DNA of 64,000 bases, from positions 4,962,001 through 5,026,000 of the forward strand of contig NC_087250.1 of the NCBI RefSeq assembly GCF_037042905.1. Direction: 5' to 3'. This DNA is from Lytechinus pictus. Its lineage: Eukaryota. Both the position numbers and the translations under genes were made by a program. This document shows, piece by piece, positions 14,105-28,823 of the stretch (positions within the stretch are counted from its first letter, which is position 1; each line of letters begins with the position of its first letter). Below the pieces are notes generated by a model. The model was not told where the DNA came from and did not search any database. It saw only the letters and a list, made by a program, of their open reading frames with translations.

Positions 14105-14950
14105 ATTGACAGTTCTGTGGGTCCGTTTCATAAAGCTGTTCGTATAGTTAAGAGCAACTTTAAGAACGACTCACTGGTGATCCTTTCTTGTGGTAAAATG
14201 ATATTCACCATTAAATGTTTATTGGTGATGGTTTTAATAGTGCAAAAGAAAGGTTGACCAGTCGTTCTTAAAGTCGTTCTTGACCCTTATTGACAGTTTT
14301 GGGGCCATACATAAAGTGAAGAGCGACTTTAAGAACAACTGGTGATCCTTTCTTTTTGTACATGTAGTAAATGGTATACACCAAAATGTTCATTGGCAAT
14401 GGTTTAGTGCAAAAGAAAGGTTTACCAGTCGTTCTTGACACTTATTGACCATTCTGGGAGCTATTTCGTAAAGCTGTTCAAAAGTTTAGAGGACTTTAAG
14501 AACTACTGGTGATCCTTTCTGGTAGTAAATGGTATACACCAAAATGTTCATTGGCGATGGTTTAGTGCAAAAGAAAGGTTTACCAGTCGTTCTTATATAA
14601 AGGCGTTCTTGACATTTGACAGTTCTGGAGGACAGTTCATAAAGCTGTTCATATAGTTAATAAGACCAACTTTAAGAACGACCGGTGATCCTTTCTTGTG
14701 GTAAATTATTATTTTCCTTTTCATCTTGAATATTGTGGTTAGTATTGCAATTTATGTTTAAACATTTTCATACATTGTACGCGCTATGGTACTTTTTGTT
14801 TTTAGCGCCTCTAAATATCCATTATTATATTGAAATTAATGATATTCACCATTAAATGTTCATTGATGATGGTTTACTTTTATAGCGCATACCACTCGTT
14901 CTTAAAGTCACTCTTAACTTTATAATACGAACAGCTTTATTAAAAACCCA
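14105..14950. repeat. degenerate tandem array (4-5 units of about 165-190 bp) derived from a MITE
   Basis: Recurring cataaagctgttc...actttaagaacgactggtgatcctttct...ccagtcgttctt. An intact single MITE lies at 15236-15416. Confidence 0.8.
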
Positions 14951-15235
14951 ACACAATCAGATAGAATGAATGTCCAGAGTAGGTCTGATTTGGGGGTGGG
15001 GTGGACTGAGGCAGAAACTGGGCCGACTATAAACATTCAATTGTTTTGATCTACCCTCTTTTCAATAAAGTCTGATTTGAGTGCAGAGAATGTCGTGAAA
15101 CAGAAACTGGGCCAACTGCATGTATGTAGGCCTTATAATCAATTTGTTATGCTCATCTTCCCTTATAATGGCGGGTTCCTCCCGTTTCATTTTATCCCTC
15201 TTTGGAGGTTATTTTCAACAAATCAAAAATAGCCC

Positions 15236-15416
15236 AGGTGGGTGTTTCATAAAGCTGTTCGTAAGTTAAGAGCGACTTTAAGAACGACTGGTGATCCTAT
15301 CTTGTGGTATTAATGGTATATTCATTGGCGATGGTTTAGCGTGTAAGAAATGATCACCAGTCGTCCTTAAAGTCGCTCTTATCTTTATACAAACAGCTTT
15401 ATGAAACGGCCCCCAG
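15236..15416. mobile_element. short palindromic MITE
   Basis: gggtgtttcataaagctgttcgtaag ... acagctttatgaaacggcccc. Confidence 0.8.
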
Positions 15417-15492
15417 GACCTATGAAATAGCATCCCTTATCCTAAATTTCCACAAGTTTTTTCCTTCATTATCCTTCCTGTTTTCCATTTAA

Positions 15493-15916
15493 TAGTCTGC
15501 AGGACAGACCCTTGGTTTTCACGATTCGCATAGTGCATAATGCAGAGTCTGAATTAGTGAGACTAGATTCACTATGTACATGTATGTAACTGTGGCTGGC
15601 TCAACAGACAGGGTCTTTGAGTCTAGTCTTCACTCAAGATCTTTTACTGGTTGAAGTGTCAAATGTGAGTCTGTGCTTGCAGACTACTCTTCACCTGTTG
15701 GGACCTAGTCTGCATGCACAGACTCAAATTTGACACATGAGAAAATTATGCCATGTCGAGAGTGAAGACTTGAATCCAAACTCTGTCTTTGAAGCTCATT
15801 TCATGGTAAAAATATCTTCAGTACTTACATGTATGAGTGAATCTAGTCTCACTACTTCAGACTCTGCATTTATGCAGCATAACATGTGAAACTTAAAGGT
15901 CTGTGCCTGCAGACTA
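15493..15916. mobile_element. foldback-type MITE; related copy at 25439-25620
   Basis: tagtctgcaggacagacc ... ggtctgtgcctgcagacta, with long internal inverted symmetry (gtgagactagattcac / gtgaatctagtctcac). Confidence 0.7.
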
Positions 15917-15954
15917 CATGTACTTTGGACTCATCACCCTTGCTCCTACCTTAC

Positions 15955-16370
15955 TCTCCTACAAGTTCATTTTCAAACAAACCAGAATAGCCTTGAAGAT
16001 CGCATCCCCCTCTTCCAAATTGCCTTGAGATGTTTTTCTCTTTCATCCCCTTCTCAGCACGGATATAGGTTAACAAGCTCCAGGCGTTGCTGCTGGTACT
16101 ACTTCTGTCTGTCTTGCGACTCTTGAAACACAATACCGCAGACGTTCTTGTCTGTCACTCACGCTCAAATGGTCGATTGCCGTTGTCTCTGCCCGTTCCT
16201 CCTTCATCCGATTCGCAATCAATTCTTCTCTCATGATATTCAGTAGGTCCAATCATCCTCGTCTTCTCATCATCTTTATGACCTTTCCCATGGAGGCTTT
16301 ATAATCCTTCCTCCTCAACCCGACATATGAATATTATTTTTTCATACATGAAGGGCTATCATCCTATCAG
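15955..16370 (-). other. possible alternative 5' exon of the catenin gene
   Basis: Non-repetitive segment, purine-rich on the minus strand, ending in a gtaagg donor-like motif near 15955. A GC-rich patch lies upstream at about 17220-17345. Confidence 0.3.
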
Positions 16371-16650
16371 GACCCCGTCTAACAAAGAGTTGTGATTGAT
16401 CTGATCATCCACAGCTATGGAAAGCCAGCAACGTCAATATCTAAAATGCACGTTTGTTCAAAATATTTTCTACATATGATGTACATGTATATTCATGCAT
16501 CCATCATTTTCCTGAAAATTCAGTGTGCTTCTCTTTGCTTACAAATGACAATTTCCAGTGGAAAAATTCTGACATTGATGGATTTCCATACAGTTGAGAA
16601 CTTGAGATTGATTGGATCAATCGCCACTCTCTGTGAGATGGGGCCCCAGG
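16369..16650. mobile_element. ~280-bp MITE family; other copies at ~46510-46833 and 58829-59102, shorter relative at 17853-17987
   Basis: TIR gacccc...acaaagagtt..gattgatc / gatcaatc...actct...ggggcccc, with a shared interior across copies. Confidence 0.78.
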
Positions 16651-19342
16651 TCACCTTCCATTAGGTGAATTCCTTCTACCTCAAGGAGGCCTTCAGCCGC
16701 CTTCTTTTGTTTTTATCCTTCACCATCACTTTTCTCATCTTTGACCATTCCTTCTCTACCTCCTCCTCTTGGATCAACCATGGAGGTGAGAGCAGGGAGC
16801 TGAGAGCGGGACTGCGAGAGGGAGACCTGGATCAACCATAGTCCATGCAGGGACATGAGAGGGATCCATGGTTCAACACACAATATCCCAATAATAAATC
16901 ATGCACTCTTGCACACCATCATCCTCCCTGAGGCTATACATCCACTTATGCCTCATTTTCTTAATTTATTTCCATTTCTTATTTAATAAACTTGTCCTTC
17001 TTTCATTCCACCCTTCCCTCCCCCTCCTCCTCTAGTCTCCTTACACTGTACACATATCTCCTCTCCTATCTCCTTTGATCTACACGTAGTGCTGAATTAC
17101 ATGTACATGTATCTGGAAACTCTGTCTTTAATAACTCTATCTCTCCAAAATGACATTTCTCCAACTCTCCCTTTTCTAACATCACCTACATCATCCATCT
17201 CTCACTAATGTCCCCTCCTCACCTTTCCTCCCCCTCCCCTCCCCTCCCCCCCCCCCCGTCCCCATTCCAATATGCCCCCTGGCCCAGCCCAGCGCCAGAC
17301 ACACTGCTACTGGTTCTAAATCGGTCCCGTCCCCCCGCCGGTTTTGAAGTCTAATGTCAAGCCACAGTCATGCCATGAGCATGAATAATGCCAAGAACCC
17401 AAGACCGCATGTTGCGCTGATGTCAAACATTCTGATTCTGAAATCAGTACGTGACCATGAACAGCAGTCGAGACAAAACCTATATGTGCCACAAACTTCC
17501 AGTCGATCCAGTATGAATTATGTAGAGCTGTACATGCACTGTTAAAGTCACGCTCCCAAATGACAAAGCCATTTGTCTATCGTCAATTGTTTCATTATCC
17601 TCACTTGGTAATGGTAATGACTTGGGCTACATGTAATTGCAATTTTCCGGTCTACGTGTATATGTAATACATTTATTATTTATATCACTAGTATTAAAGT
17701 CCAATACAATTTTTTTCTCTCTCATTATTTTAATAACTAAACCAGGAAGTTCTGTATCATTTTTGGCCTTCAAGTGAATGCATTATGAACTTTATAGAAA
17801 CTCTTGCTGGCCATCAATATTACGTGAAATATACCTGCTGACAGATATGATCAGGGTCCCGTACACAAAGTTTAGCGATTGATCGTACACTTGATTTTCA
17901 CGGTTGATTGTACATTGTAGTCAATGGAATCAATCGTAAAAAAAATGTTCTACGATCAATCGCTAACCTTTGTGTTACCGGACCCTGGAATTCTAGATAA
18001 ATGAATATGGTTGCGATTCATTTGCCCCTTTTTTTTTACTGTGTCTGGACAAAACATAGGATATCCATAATTATCCTTGATTATACTTGCCCAAATAATG
18101 TCTCATACTGTTGTGACATCAAACATTCATAATGGCTCATACTTTAATGACATCGAACATGTTACATGAATACAATGTACAGTATCACAGTCAAAGTCAC
18201 TGCATGTAGCTGACATTTGAGTGTTTTTCCCACGCTCTCCCCTTCCATAAACACATTTGGTCTGAGGACGTTTGTTTGTGGGCTCTTGGAAGGAATGCAA
18301 ACAAGATGTTCCTCACCTGCCAAGCTTCTAGTCTAGCATCAAGGATAAATTAAGGTTTTTAATTAAATTTCATCAAAAGAAAAATTCAATTAAATTCTAT
18401 TCCATTTGATTTTGATTACTACCACGTACTGTCGCGTAGACAATAAAAATGCAGTGTTTACATAATTCAGAAATTAAACCTTCAAGCCCTTTCGGCCTAC
18501 ATTGTACACTTTTATAATAAAATCATTCCCCCAAAAGTATTGTATTGAACCATGGAATCACTAAAAATGTTGATATGGATACATTATATAGGCCCACTTG
18601 TGGACATTATCCAACAGAATAGGCCACCCCCCCCCCCATCCCCCTCATGAATAATACATGCTGTTCACTATTCAAATCCACATCTAGAGGAAACATACCG
18701 ATGAAAAATGACACAATGGAGGCCTACATAAAATAATATTTCAGCTGAGATAATGTTGAAAACTTTTTTCTATGTTTTGCGGTTGTAATTCTGGTGTACA
18801 TGCAATACAATTTTGAATGACGAGGCCAATTATTAAATAGAGGTCTATTATACCACTATCAAGAAACCAAAAACCATTAGTTTGTGGTCAGACCTCCTAA
18901 CAATGTGTAACAAATACAGAGTTCTAAATTCTTGAAAATTCAATGCAAACGAAGAATCGTGGAAGAGTAGCAGAGAGAGAGAGAATGGCAACGTTACATG
19001 GATGACTTGGTTTGAAACGAAGAAGACGTGTGCAGAACATGTATTCTATCTGATGTTAATGCATGCATAGCTATTAAACGTTGAAATAATGGAGAGATTT
19101 TGAAGTGAAAAGGGACAAAATGAAAGGCACAATTGTATACATTGGATATTAAAATTGATTGATACATAGAAGGTTGTAAATTGTAAAGTATGTCAAATGT
19201 ATTGTTCATAACAGAATACTGAAGAGCTGACGATTCTAAAGCCTTGAAAAAAATGGTAGGACCAATGCTGGAAGTATATCCTGGCCTATGGACTACACAG
19301 TATGTTTTATCATCATCTACATACATACATGTACAGTGTATA

Positions 19343-19743
19343 AGGGTCGTCTGCACCAGCCCGAGTTTTCAAATTAGCGCGCTATTTCTGATCCGGCAAA
19401 TTATCCCGATCTGAACAATCTCGAGATTATTTGTAATGGAGACGCAATTATCACGCTAGTTCGTAGGATTAATCTCGAGATTGCAATCTTAAGTCAACTT
19501 GGGATTATTTGCAAAAAAGCGTGCTATTTTACGAATTATCCCACTAATTCGCAGGTGCAGACGCACTCGGGATTATTTACTCACGGCGTCAGACCATAAT
19601 GCATCAATGCCTCGCTTGAGCAGGAATCGCTCTTCTTGCGATGGTGGAGACGGGGTTTCTTGAATCTCGAAATTAATCGCAAAGAGGGCCGATTGAGCTA
19701 AAATCTCGAGATTGAACAAACTCGGGCTGGTGCAGCACCGCCT
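19343..19743. mobile_element. PIF/Harbinger-like MITE (3-bp TSD ATA), internal-deletion relative of 32926-33799
   Basis: ata|agggtcgtctgcacc ... ggtgcagcaccgcct|ata. Confidence 0.85.
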
Positions 19744-21015
19744 ATAGAGCGTTTTAGCGATGCATTATTTTGGTCTGAAATCCGATGAATAGCTCCTGTA
19801 CAAAATTTGCCATTGAAATTTATAAGACTTTTTCAAAGGTGTAGTGCGCATGCGCGAATGCGTGAAATATACAATGGGTATAACAAAGAAAGCAATGTGA
19901 TGCGCAGTATAGAGCGCAATGACGTCATAATCAACTACCGGTACACGTAAGTCGCATGTCAACGACAAGCTTGATCCTAATGAAGTGATGATGCCATATC
20001 AAATTATATGACTTGTTCAACCAAATTTCTCCCTCTTTTTTTTGGGGGGGGGGTTGGGATAGATGATTATATTGGATGGCTTTATTTCATGGAATTCCAG
20101 AAATATTCCACTCGTTAGGGCCAATACTCCACTCACCTGCGATTCGTGGAATATTTGCCCAAACACTTGGAATATTTCTGGTATTCCATTCTGAGCCACC
20201 CAATATTTTATCATAAATATTCAAAACTGCATCCCATTCATCAACAAGTTTTATTATGGGTGGCAGCAATAGGAAGCTCCTTGGTAATACCAAATCAGCA
20301 AATGCATCAATAACACTGACTTTGGCAAGGCTTGTCATAACGATCATCAATCATTCCTACATGCGCATGTATAAACAGGGAAAATTCATGTACAATGTAC
20401 ACATATATGCCAACATTCTGAGAGAAACAAATAATTCTTCCAGTTTATTTGACTTTTATATGTAGTTTCATTATTTTCTCTCTCTCTCTCTCGAGTCTTT
20501 TTGCCAAAGTTTAATAGCGTTTTGACAAAAATATGTATTAGAAAACAAAAAGATTTTTATTCAGAAAGAGAAAAGGACTCTTTATTTTGTTAAAGGTTTT
20601 TTTTAATATATATATATAGTGCCTGTTCCAGTGGTTTTTTTTTTCATATGACATCCTGCAATGTGACTTGTGAGATTTTGAGATCAAAGGACCATTTCAT
20701 GCAAGTTATCAGCTATGACAATTTTCATGTCATTATTCAACAGTTATAAAACCAGACACCTGTAGGCCTACTTCGAAGCCATTCAAAACTGAACTGTCCG
20801 ATTTGAACTCATCAAACGGCAAACGTTGATTTAATAATAAACACCCAATTGGGCACTGTACATGTATTAAGCTTTGTCGTGACTGATCATGGTAGGCCCT
20901 ACTACTGACATGATTAATTGCATTGATTATTACAAATGCATGATCAGTTGTTAAATTCAGCCAAACGATCAATCGCTATGCATTATCAGATTAAACATGG
21001 CTTTTGCCTTTTATA

Positions 21016-21583
21016 CAGTGCGTCCCAGAAAAAAGGAAACCGGGATTCCCATGTCTTTTTTTCTTCAAAGGCAAATGAAATATGATATCTAATTCTATTT
21101 AATCATATACATGTAGTTTAATTATTCCTCTTTATGTTGATACCTTCATGTAATATGTGACAAACACTTCAGGCATTAATGAGCAAAGTGAGTTTGAAAT
21201 TTTAATGTCAAAACTAGGTTGCGCAGAAAAATTTGACAAGATTGGTTCGTCATACAACGAACATGCTTATATGACGATTGTATTTCTTTTGTATTTCTTT
21301 GTTTTGTATTCTTTATTGTTTCTCTCACTGATCCCTCAAATGAGAGTGGATTCAGATTCACACACGAGTTTCTGCGCAAATCGTTTCTGATACTAGTATA
21401 TATACCTGTATGCATCAGTATTTATTGTTTGTAATCTGTCATGCCTGAACGATTTGCTATTTTGGTTTCAAATCAGAGATGAGATTCCACTCTTGCCATG
21501 AGTATCAAATTTATAGTAAAAACACATCTAATAATTCTGAAATCTTTCTCTGAAAACGTGCTTCCTTTTTGTGGGACGCCCTG
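21016..21583. mobile_element. Tc1/mariner-like MITE (CAGTG ends); a right-end fragment of the family ends at 26091
   Basis: ta|cagtgcgtcccagaaaaaa ... ttttgtgggacgccctg. Also tttttctgggacgcactg|ta at 26073-26093. Confidence 0.75.
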
Positions 21584-24500
21584 TTCTTATGGGCCATGAG
21601 GTTCATGAATCGACATGAAAGCATGTACATGTACATGTACAGTCTTTACTCTTTACAATGTGTTGAGTCTAGTGAATCAATTTGATTTTCAGACACTGTA
21701 AAACTGTTGTGTAATGGAGTATAAATCAATAATCCATACAGGGGATATTAAATGACTACAATTGTATGTGATTCAGTCAGGACCATTCAGACAAGCAAAA
21801 CGTGACAGAATAATTTGCAAAACTATCAAAAAATAACTACACTATTAAAAGAAGGCCTATAATAATACTTGAGCAACAGCTTTACATGTAAAATCATTTT
21901 TTCATTATAGGGTCCACGCATCTACATGTAGGCCAACATGATGCACTTCCTCATACATGTACAATAGTCTATATGGTAAGAGCGAAATTGTGTGGAATAT
22001 TATTGGACTGTGGATACATGTACATGTATGAATGAATTAAAGTCATGCTCCGGTATTAAAAAATCAGACCCCCCCTCCCCCTATTGTACCCATGCAAAAA
22101 TCCGATTGTTGAACAAATATAGAAAACTTTTAAAGTAGTCACAAGTGTGAGCAATCTCCACACACACTGCAGCGGAATTGCGGAGAGGAGCTATCAATGG
22201 CATGATTGTCAAGCTTAAATATAGATCTAAATGCACCTTGGCAAAAAGCACAAAATGATCAATAATTTGTCAGGGACACTGCTATTAAATGTGGGTGATA
22301 CAAATAACATGCAAGCTGTGAATGTTGTCACAATGTAGAGTCATATTCATGTGCAGACTCTTGTCAATTGACAGCTCAAATGCCTATTAAACAAAAGTGA
22401 TAGGCCTGTATGTAGGCTAATGTATGTACATAAAATGTAATATGTATGTATGCTACCCAAGAACTTGGGGGGAGGCGCTGAAGGCTAGTACATGTACGCT
22501 ACCCAAGAACTGGGGGGGTTACAAGGAGTTCGGAGCAATTTCACCCCTCGAAATGCCAAAAAGAGACTTGGAATATCCCCATGCATTGCCATGTCTGAGC
22601 TTATCCAATGAGAATTTGGCAGTTAGTGGAAAAGTAGCCCCCAAAATTATAATATTATATTTTGCCTGCCATAAACGTACTAATAGATTTTCAATGTTTT
22701 TGTTTTATTTTTACAATATTGGATGAGGTTTTATTATGTCTGAATGGCTACGTGTATCAATCATGAAATTGCTGTTAAAAAGATAGTAGACCTTCTTCTA
22801 TGCCATTGGCAGATTAAAAAGCCAAATGTTAAATATTAGTTTGTTGACACAAAACTTGGCTTGTCAACAGAGACATAATACAGAAATTTGTTCATGTTTA
22901 TGTATAGTACATACAGTATAATGGCTCAATCGAGTGTTAAGATGTGCCTCCCCACCCAAGGAAAACAACAAAAACTATACAAATAAGAACATGATATTGA
23001 TACTTACTGTCAGTCAAAAAATATTTGTTTCTTACTTTCCCTGGCTACATGCAGTAAATGTCCTTTTCACAACATACATTACAGCCTATTAAAACTTTGA
23101 TACATTGCAGTGAATTTTTTTTTTTTTTGAGGGGGGGGGGCCTTTTGAATGATTCAGTGGCAAAAGGGGAACCATTGATATATCTTCTTCTTGCACTCAC
23201 TGACAAAATTGAAGCAAATGAACAAATGAAAATTGACATTTCTGAAAGAATTTGTTTTTTGAGTACATGTAGCTACATGTACACATACTGGCCTCTTCAC
23301 TACTAATGGTACCATGAATGATGACTTTATATCAGGTCTTTGATTTCTTCAAGGCTGGACCTCAAAATTTGAAAGAAAAATAAAATGAATACCCTACCCA
23401 TCTTTGGGATTCAATCCGACAATTCATTGTAATTATTATTAAATTGACTTCACCTCATAAAATGCTGAGGAACCCTTTTAGGCATCAAGCTTTATTCAAA
23501 TTACCAGTATGATACAAAATAGTGAAAACAAGTCAGACTGCATGACATTCTAGTGGCTGAACAAGTGTCTTTTACATGTAATACTGAGCTTTCATGCAGA
23601 TCTAATTTTCAAATGGCTGGGATATTTGAACCAAAACAAATTTGCCTAAACAGTCACATGAACCTTGTACACCTGAGCCTCTGTCTTAGTCTCAACACCA
23701 GGACAAAGGGACTTTTAAAAATACGTGTGTATGTACATGTACATTGTACAGACGTTGAATATGTATAGAAGTGGAAATTGTATTAATGGGATGTACAATA
23801 TATACAAGCCTTCATATACATGTACATGAACATACTGTGCATGTGCTGTAGGCCAAAATAAAATGTTGACATAAATTTTTGGTTTTCCAACTATTTTAAT
23901 ATGAAACCTGTACTGTGCACCACCAGTTTATGTAAACTGTAAATAGTGAATTACAAGATCATGTAATGTACAAAGTGCAATTTTATTTTTGACACAAATA
24001 GAAGATGTTACAATGTGTAGGCTGATAGTGTGAAAATGTACATGTACATGAACAGTACTTGGGTACTTCAATGCCAGGTTTTAATTACACACACATTCTG
24101 CACAAACCAACACCCCCCCCCCCCCACCCCTCTTCTCCCGTCTCTGAAAAATGAGCTTTTTTATACTTTGTACTTTGTAGGTAAAAAAGGTAACATTCAT
24201 CTTCATCAAGTTGAAAAGCCTCTCCACCAATCTCAATCAAAATAGATTGCAAAGGTAATTCAAACAGTCAGTCCGCAAGCCCTGAAAAAGTAGCTTCTTT
24301 TATCCAAGTGATATTCATGACAAGAGGGTTTTTGCATAGTTAATGAGCTTGGTGCGAACCAAAACACCTCTTTTTATTCGGCCATTGCTGCTCTAAATAT
24401 TGACCAAATTTCATGTTTTTGGTATCTTTGTAAAGAAGAAGAATTAATATTTTAGGTCATGTGTTTGGATTTTTAAAAGAATGTTGTAATATAGGAAAAA

Positions 24501-27500
24501 CTTTTGATCTAAAACATGAAACAAAATATTTTTTTTCATGCAACAAAAGTTGTTGTTTTCACACTTAATTTCTGTTTAGGCACAAATGATTTTTAAATCA
24601 TGATAAAGCTGAAGATCTAAGCTTTAATATGATATAATTTTTATAAGAAGATGTATTTTAGATGGGTCAGCAGCCAGCTTTTCATAGGCCAAGTACATTT
24701 TGCAGCTCAAAAACAAGAATACTGCGCTCTGATTGGTCATAGACCACACACCCACGCAAATTCCAATGTTCCCCACACTGGGCCTCTGCAAGGTCACACT
24801 CACCATGTGGTAATCTCTTCGAATTACCCGCGCCTGTTTGTTTTGAAAACAGTATTCAGCCAATCAGAACTCTGGATTTTATGTTACTCAGAAATTTCAG
24901 AAATCTCGTCTTGCATCTTGATGGATATAACTGGCTGCTGACCCATCTAAAAGATGCCACATATCAAGAGTGACATTGTAAGAAAGTATAGAGTTTGAGC
25001 TTTCTGATGATATAAATAATGTTGGTGCCTAAAACACAAAATGTTGCACAATTTGCAAGTGAAAACAGGGGAAGAAAATTCTGTTTGATGCATCTTTTCA
25101 GGTAAAAAATTCACTTATTTATCAAAATATTTCATTCAAAAGAAATGACCAATATAAAAGGGTAACATTTACTCTTGCCCATGGTACAAAAATAATCAAT
25201 ATTACTGAAGGAGAAAGTGGTTAAATTCTTTGAGAAAGAAAGTCTCACAATTCACGAGATTTTGCAGGGACATGAATTCAGCCACGAGAGGACTTGGATA
25301 AATCTTGCTCATTTGCTCATTAACACAGGGGCTTGCGGACTGACTGCAAACACATTATGACAATCCATACAAATTGGCTTCCCATTCAAAAGAAATCTGG
25401 CAAAATGTTTCTGAGTTTACAGTCAATTCAGCACTCAGCTAGTCTGCAGGCACAGACCCTGATTGAAACTTTGATCAACAAGTGTGTCTCCACGCAAAGA
25501 CTAGCACATACAAAACTTGCTGTTTCAATTCAGAGCGAGAGGGCCTTCAGTACACAAGGCATGAGTAGGCTGCAATTCAGACCCTTGATACTGGAGTGAA
25601 GGGTTTGCACAGCAGACTAGCACTCAGCAGCTATCAGCAACCTGTATGCAGCCACAGGGGTGAGCGCTGCGGCTGTGACTGGTGAATTGAAAATGCATAT
25701 GATGGTGGGCCGGCCATATTGGAAACGCATCTGACTCCCCAACGCCATTCAATAAATTGCGAACAACGTAAAGAATCAGCATGAGTACAATACAAGATGG
25801 ATGGAAGGTGTATTTGGATTGAAGTTCACTGCTGAGTGATGGATGGATAGTCTGATATCCAGACCTCTCTATTGATAATTTGCATACAATGTATTTTGAT
25901 ATGGGACCTACATGTATGTAGGCTACATGTACGGTTTGTGCACACTCACAGCCAAGGATATTGAAAATGTATCTCACATCAATTATATCATCTTCATCAA
26001 AATTATGGTATATGTACAGAACGAAACATAAATGTCGGAAATGGACATAAGTATCGCTAAATCTCGGTTTCGTTTTTTCTGGGACGCACTGTATGGAGGA
26101 TTGACGAATGACTTGGGTATGGTCTGTACAATAAAGTATGAATACAACATGTAGCAAACCAAATGGGCTTCACAAACACAATCACTTTTTTGATAAAATC
26201 AAGTACCTGTAATCAACTACAATTCAGTATTAAAGCCTACAGTGTATTGGCTAGTAATGGCAAAAGCCGAAAATAGACAAATGAATGCATGCACATGTGT
26301 AGAGGCTAATATACAGATGAATTTAAAAAAGAATTGAAAATGTGCAATAGTTCGGTTGTAATGGCAAAATTAAAGGAGATGAATAAAAAATGTTGATGGA
26401 AAGTATTGATGTGGAATAATTTGGAGCAAGACTTACTTTGTTTTTTGGCTACTGAAAGTAGCGGAGGATGTTTTACGGCAAAATTTGGAGCAGGGTCGAG
26501 AGCGGCCGTGGCTCTTTCGCAAGCTTTGATAAAGACCAAGGTGCTGTTCAATAAACAGTATACATGTATATGAAAAGTACATGCAAATCAAAAGTTTATA
26601 ATGTCATGCACGCACAAAAAATAAACACAACAAAACAAGACTTAAAAAGTACAAGTAAATGTACATGCAAATCACATTTTTTCAAGCATTAAGTTAATAA
26701 CACACACACAAATCAAACACAACAAAACAAAGTGTTGATTGATAAAACTTGAAATGAAAATTTCAATTAAAAAAAATTCCCCTATTGAATTGTAGGCCTA
26801 AAATGTACAAGTACATCAAAACCTGAGCTCCATTTACACTGCACAATTTATATAAGGAGACCACCAAAAGCCTATGGAAATTAAACCAAATCCTAGTATT
26901 CATCATGCTCTGTAGCAGTATGCTGCAGGTCAATGCACAATTCAATTCAATCTTTATTCATAATTATTCTCAAAATGGTATTAAGAAACTTGTATTACAA
27001 GCATATTAAAACTGCATCATCTGCCAAAAAGGTGGAAGAAAATACTTTGAAAATTTATATAAAGAAGAAAAATGTCCAATGAATCACTCAATATTTTGTA
27101 ATATCAAACTTGATAACTAAAGCTTTTGACAAGTGACAAGTAATGGATGTCTGTGGCTTTTGTTACAACCCATTGACCCGATGAGGTCAGGGGTCATCAG
27201 AGGTCAGTGGGGATGACTGTATTGAGTTTATCCTAGTTTACTGGGTAAATAATGCCTTTGGTCGTTCAACACCTGTTACAGACAGGCACACACCATTTTA
27301 GAACAAACCATGGAGCTATGCATGGAACCATGTGTAGTAGGTCCATGATGGAACTAACAGTTCTTGAAGGAAACCTCTCACCAATGAGCACTTTTAGAAA
27401 CGTACGTCGACATATAGACGACTGGTACGAGCCGTGTCATGACCCGCTGGTTATTGCGCTGTTTCACGTGGACGTACTGTACGTACACGTACAAGTGGAG

Positions 27501-28345
27501 AGAAATCTAAAGTATTCGCATCTGCAGTGAACAAGGGCAGACGACGACGCTGACTCGAACGATCAGACGACTGCTACGCAGTTCTCGTTCACTGCTCCTA
27601 AAAGTCTCTATTTTATAGCTCCATGCTCTCACTCCACAATTAGTTTTAGGGGAGAATCAAGTTCATTATAGACTAACATATAAAGCTACATGTATCATTC
27701 ACCCATTGCGAGCATATTGTATCTAGCCTTTTGGCAAAATAACATCAGTTGTATCAGGGACATGAGAGGGCACGTCCCTGGTTGTATCCAGTATTTTTTA
27801 ATGCACATTGGGATGCACCAAGGAGCTTTGTTGTTACACATATCAGCCTACATACACGGTATGATACAGAAATAGCATTATTGGAGCCAAAGTTTGCACC
27901 ATTTCCTTCTCATACAAAACCTCAATTTGCCTTTTAAATTAAAGTGAACCATGATTGTACAGTTCTTTTAAAGTCAAATTTTCAGGTATTTTTTTCTTTT
28001 TAATAGTGTGCATTACCAAATCCTTCTTTCATTTTCATGCACTTGTAAAGAATAATTTGTGCATGTGTGAATAATTTGTACTATATACAATACTGTACAT
28101 TTTGTAATCAAACAGAAGAGAGGAATGTACACCGTATTCACACAATACAGCTTTGCATTATTCAGCCCAGCATGAAGGGAAATTCTTTCAGGAATTAGCA
28201 GGATTTACCGCTTTGTAGGCCCCACATCTTATGAACAATAACATGTAGGGTATAAAGTCTTCACATAAAATTCTTTGAGGGCTTTGTAGATTTTATTTGA
28301 TTCAGAATTTCAGATCGAAGGATTCAGGAAGGAATAAAATACACT

Positions 28346-28823
28346 AGGTGGTTTCAGACCGCCTCGAAGTTCGTCAGTTCCAGGTATTCTCTGATCGGGA
28401 AATTTACCCCGATCAGAAAATACCAGGTATTTTGGCGGTCTGAAAGCAAACTACGCGTAATATCCCCGAAAGAAAATACCCGATAAATAGTAGGTACTTG
28501 GCGAAATTACGAGAACTTTCGCGGGGATTTTTCCAAGGTCGTGGGTATTTTGGCGGTCTGAAAGCAAATTACGGGAACTTTTAGCCCAGCGTGTCGTTGG
28601 GTGCGGCGCCGTGCATGGGTTGCTGCTGGGCTAGTGATTTTGAATTTCGCGCCTTGCTGCTTATCAGACCATACTGCGCATGCTCGTAACTTCAGGAACT
28701 TATCCCGAAGGGTATGTTTCAGGGCGGTGTGAATGCAGGAATAATTAATGGGTATTTTTCAGCCTAAAAAAGTTCTCGTAATTTAACGGGGATTCTTGTG
28801 ATCGAGGCGGTTTGAAACCACCT
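28346..28823 (+). mobile_element. 478-bp Harbinger-like MITE, copy 1 (TSD ACT)
   Basis: act|aggtggtttcagaccgcctcga ... tcgaggcggtttgaaaccacct|act. Confidence 0.9.

Noticed and set aside
25624..26157. 177-aa minus-strand ORF
   Set aside because: Non-ATG start, crosses a MITE end and TACATG words, and has no recognisable protein features.
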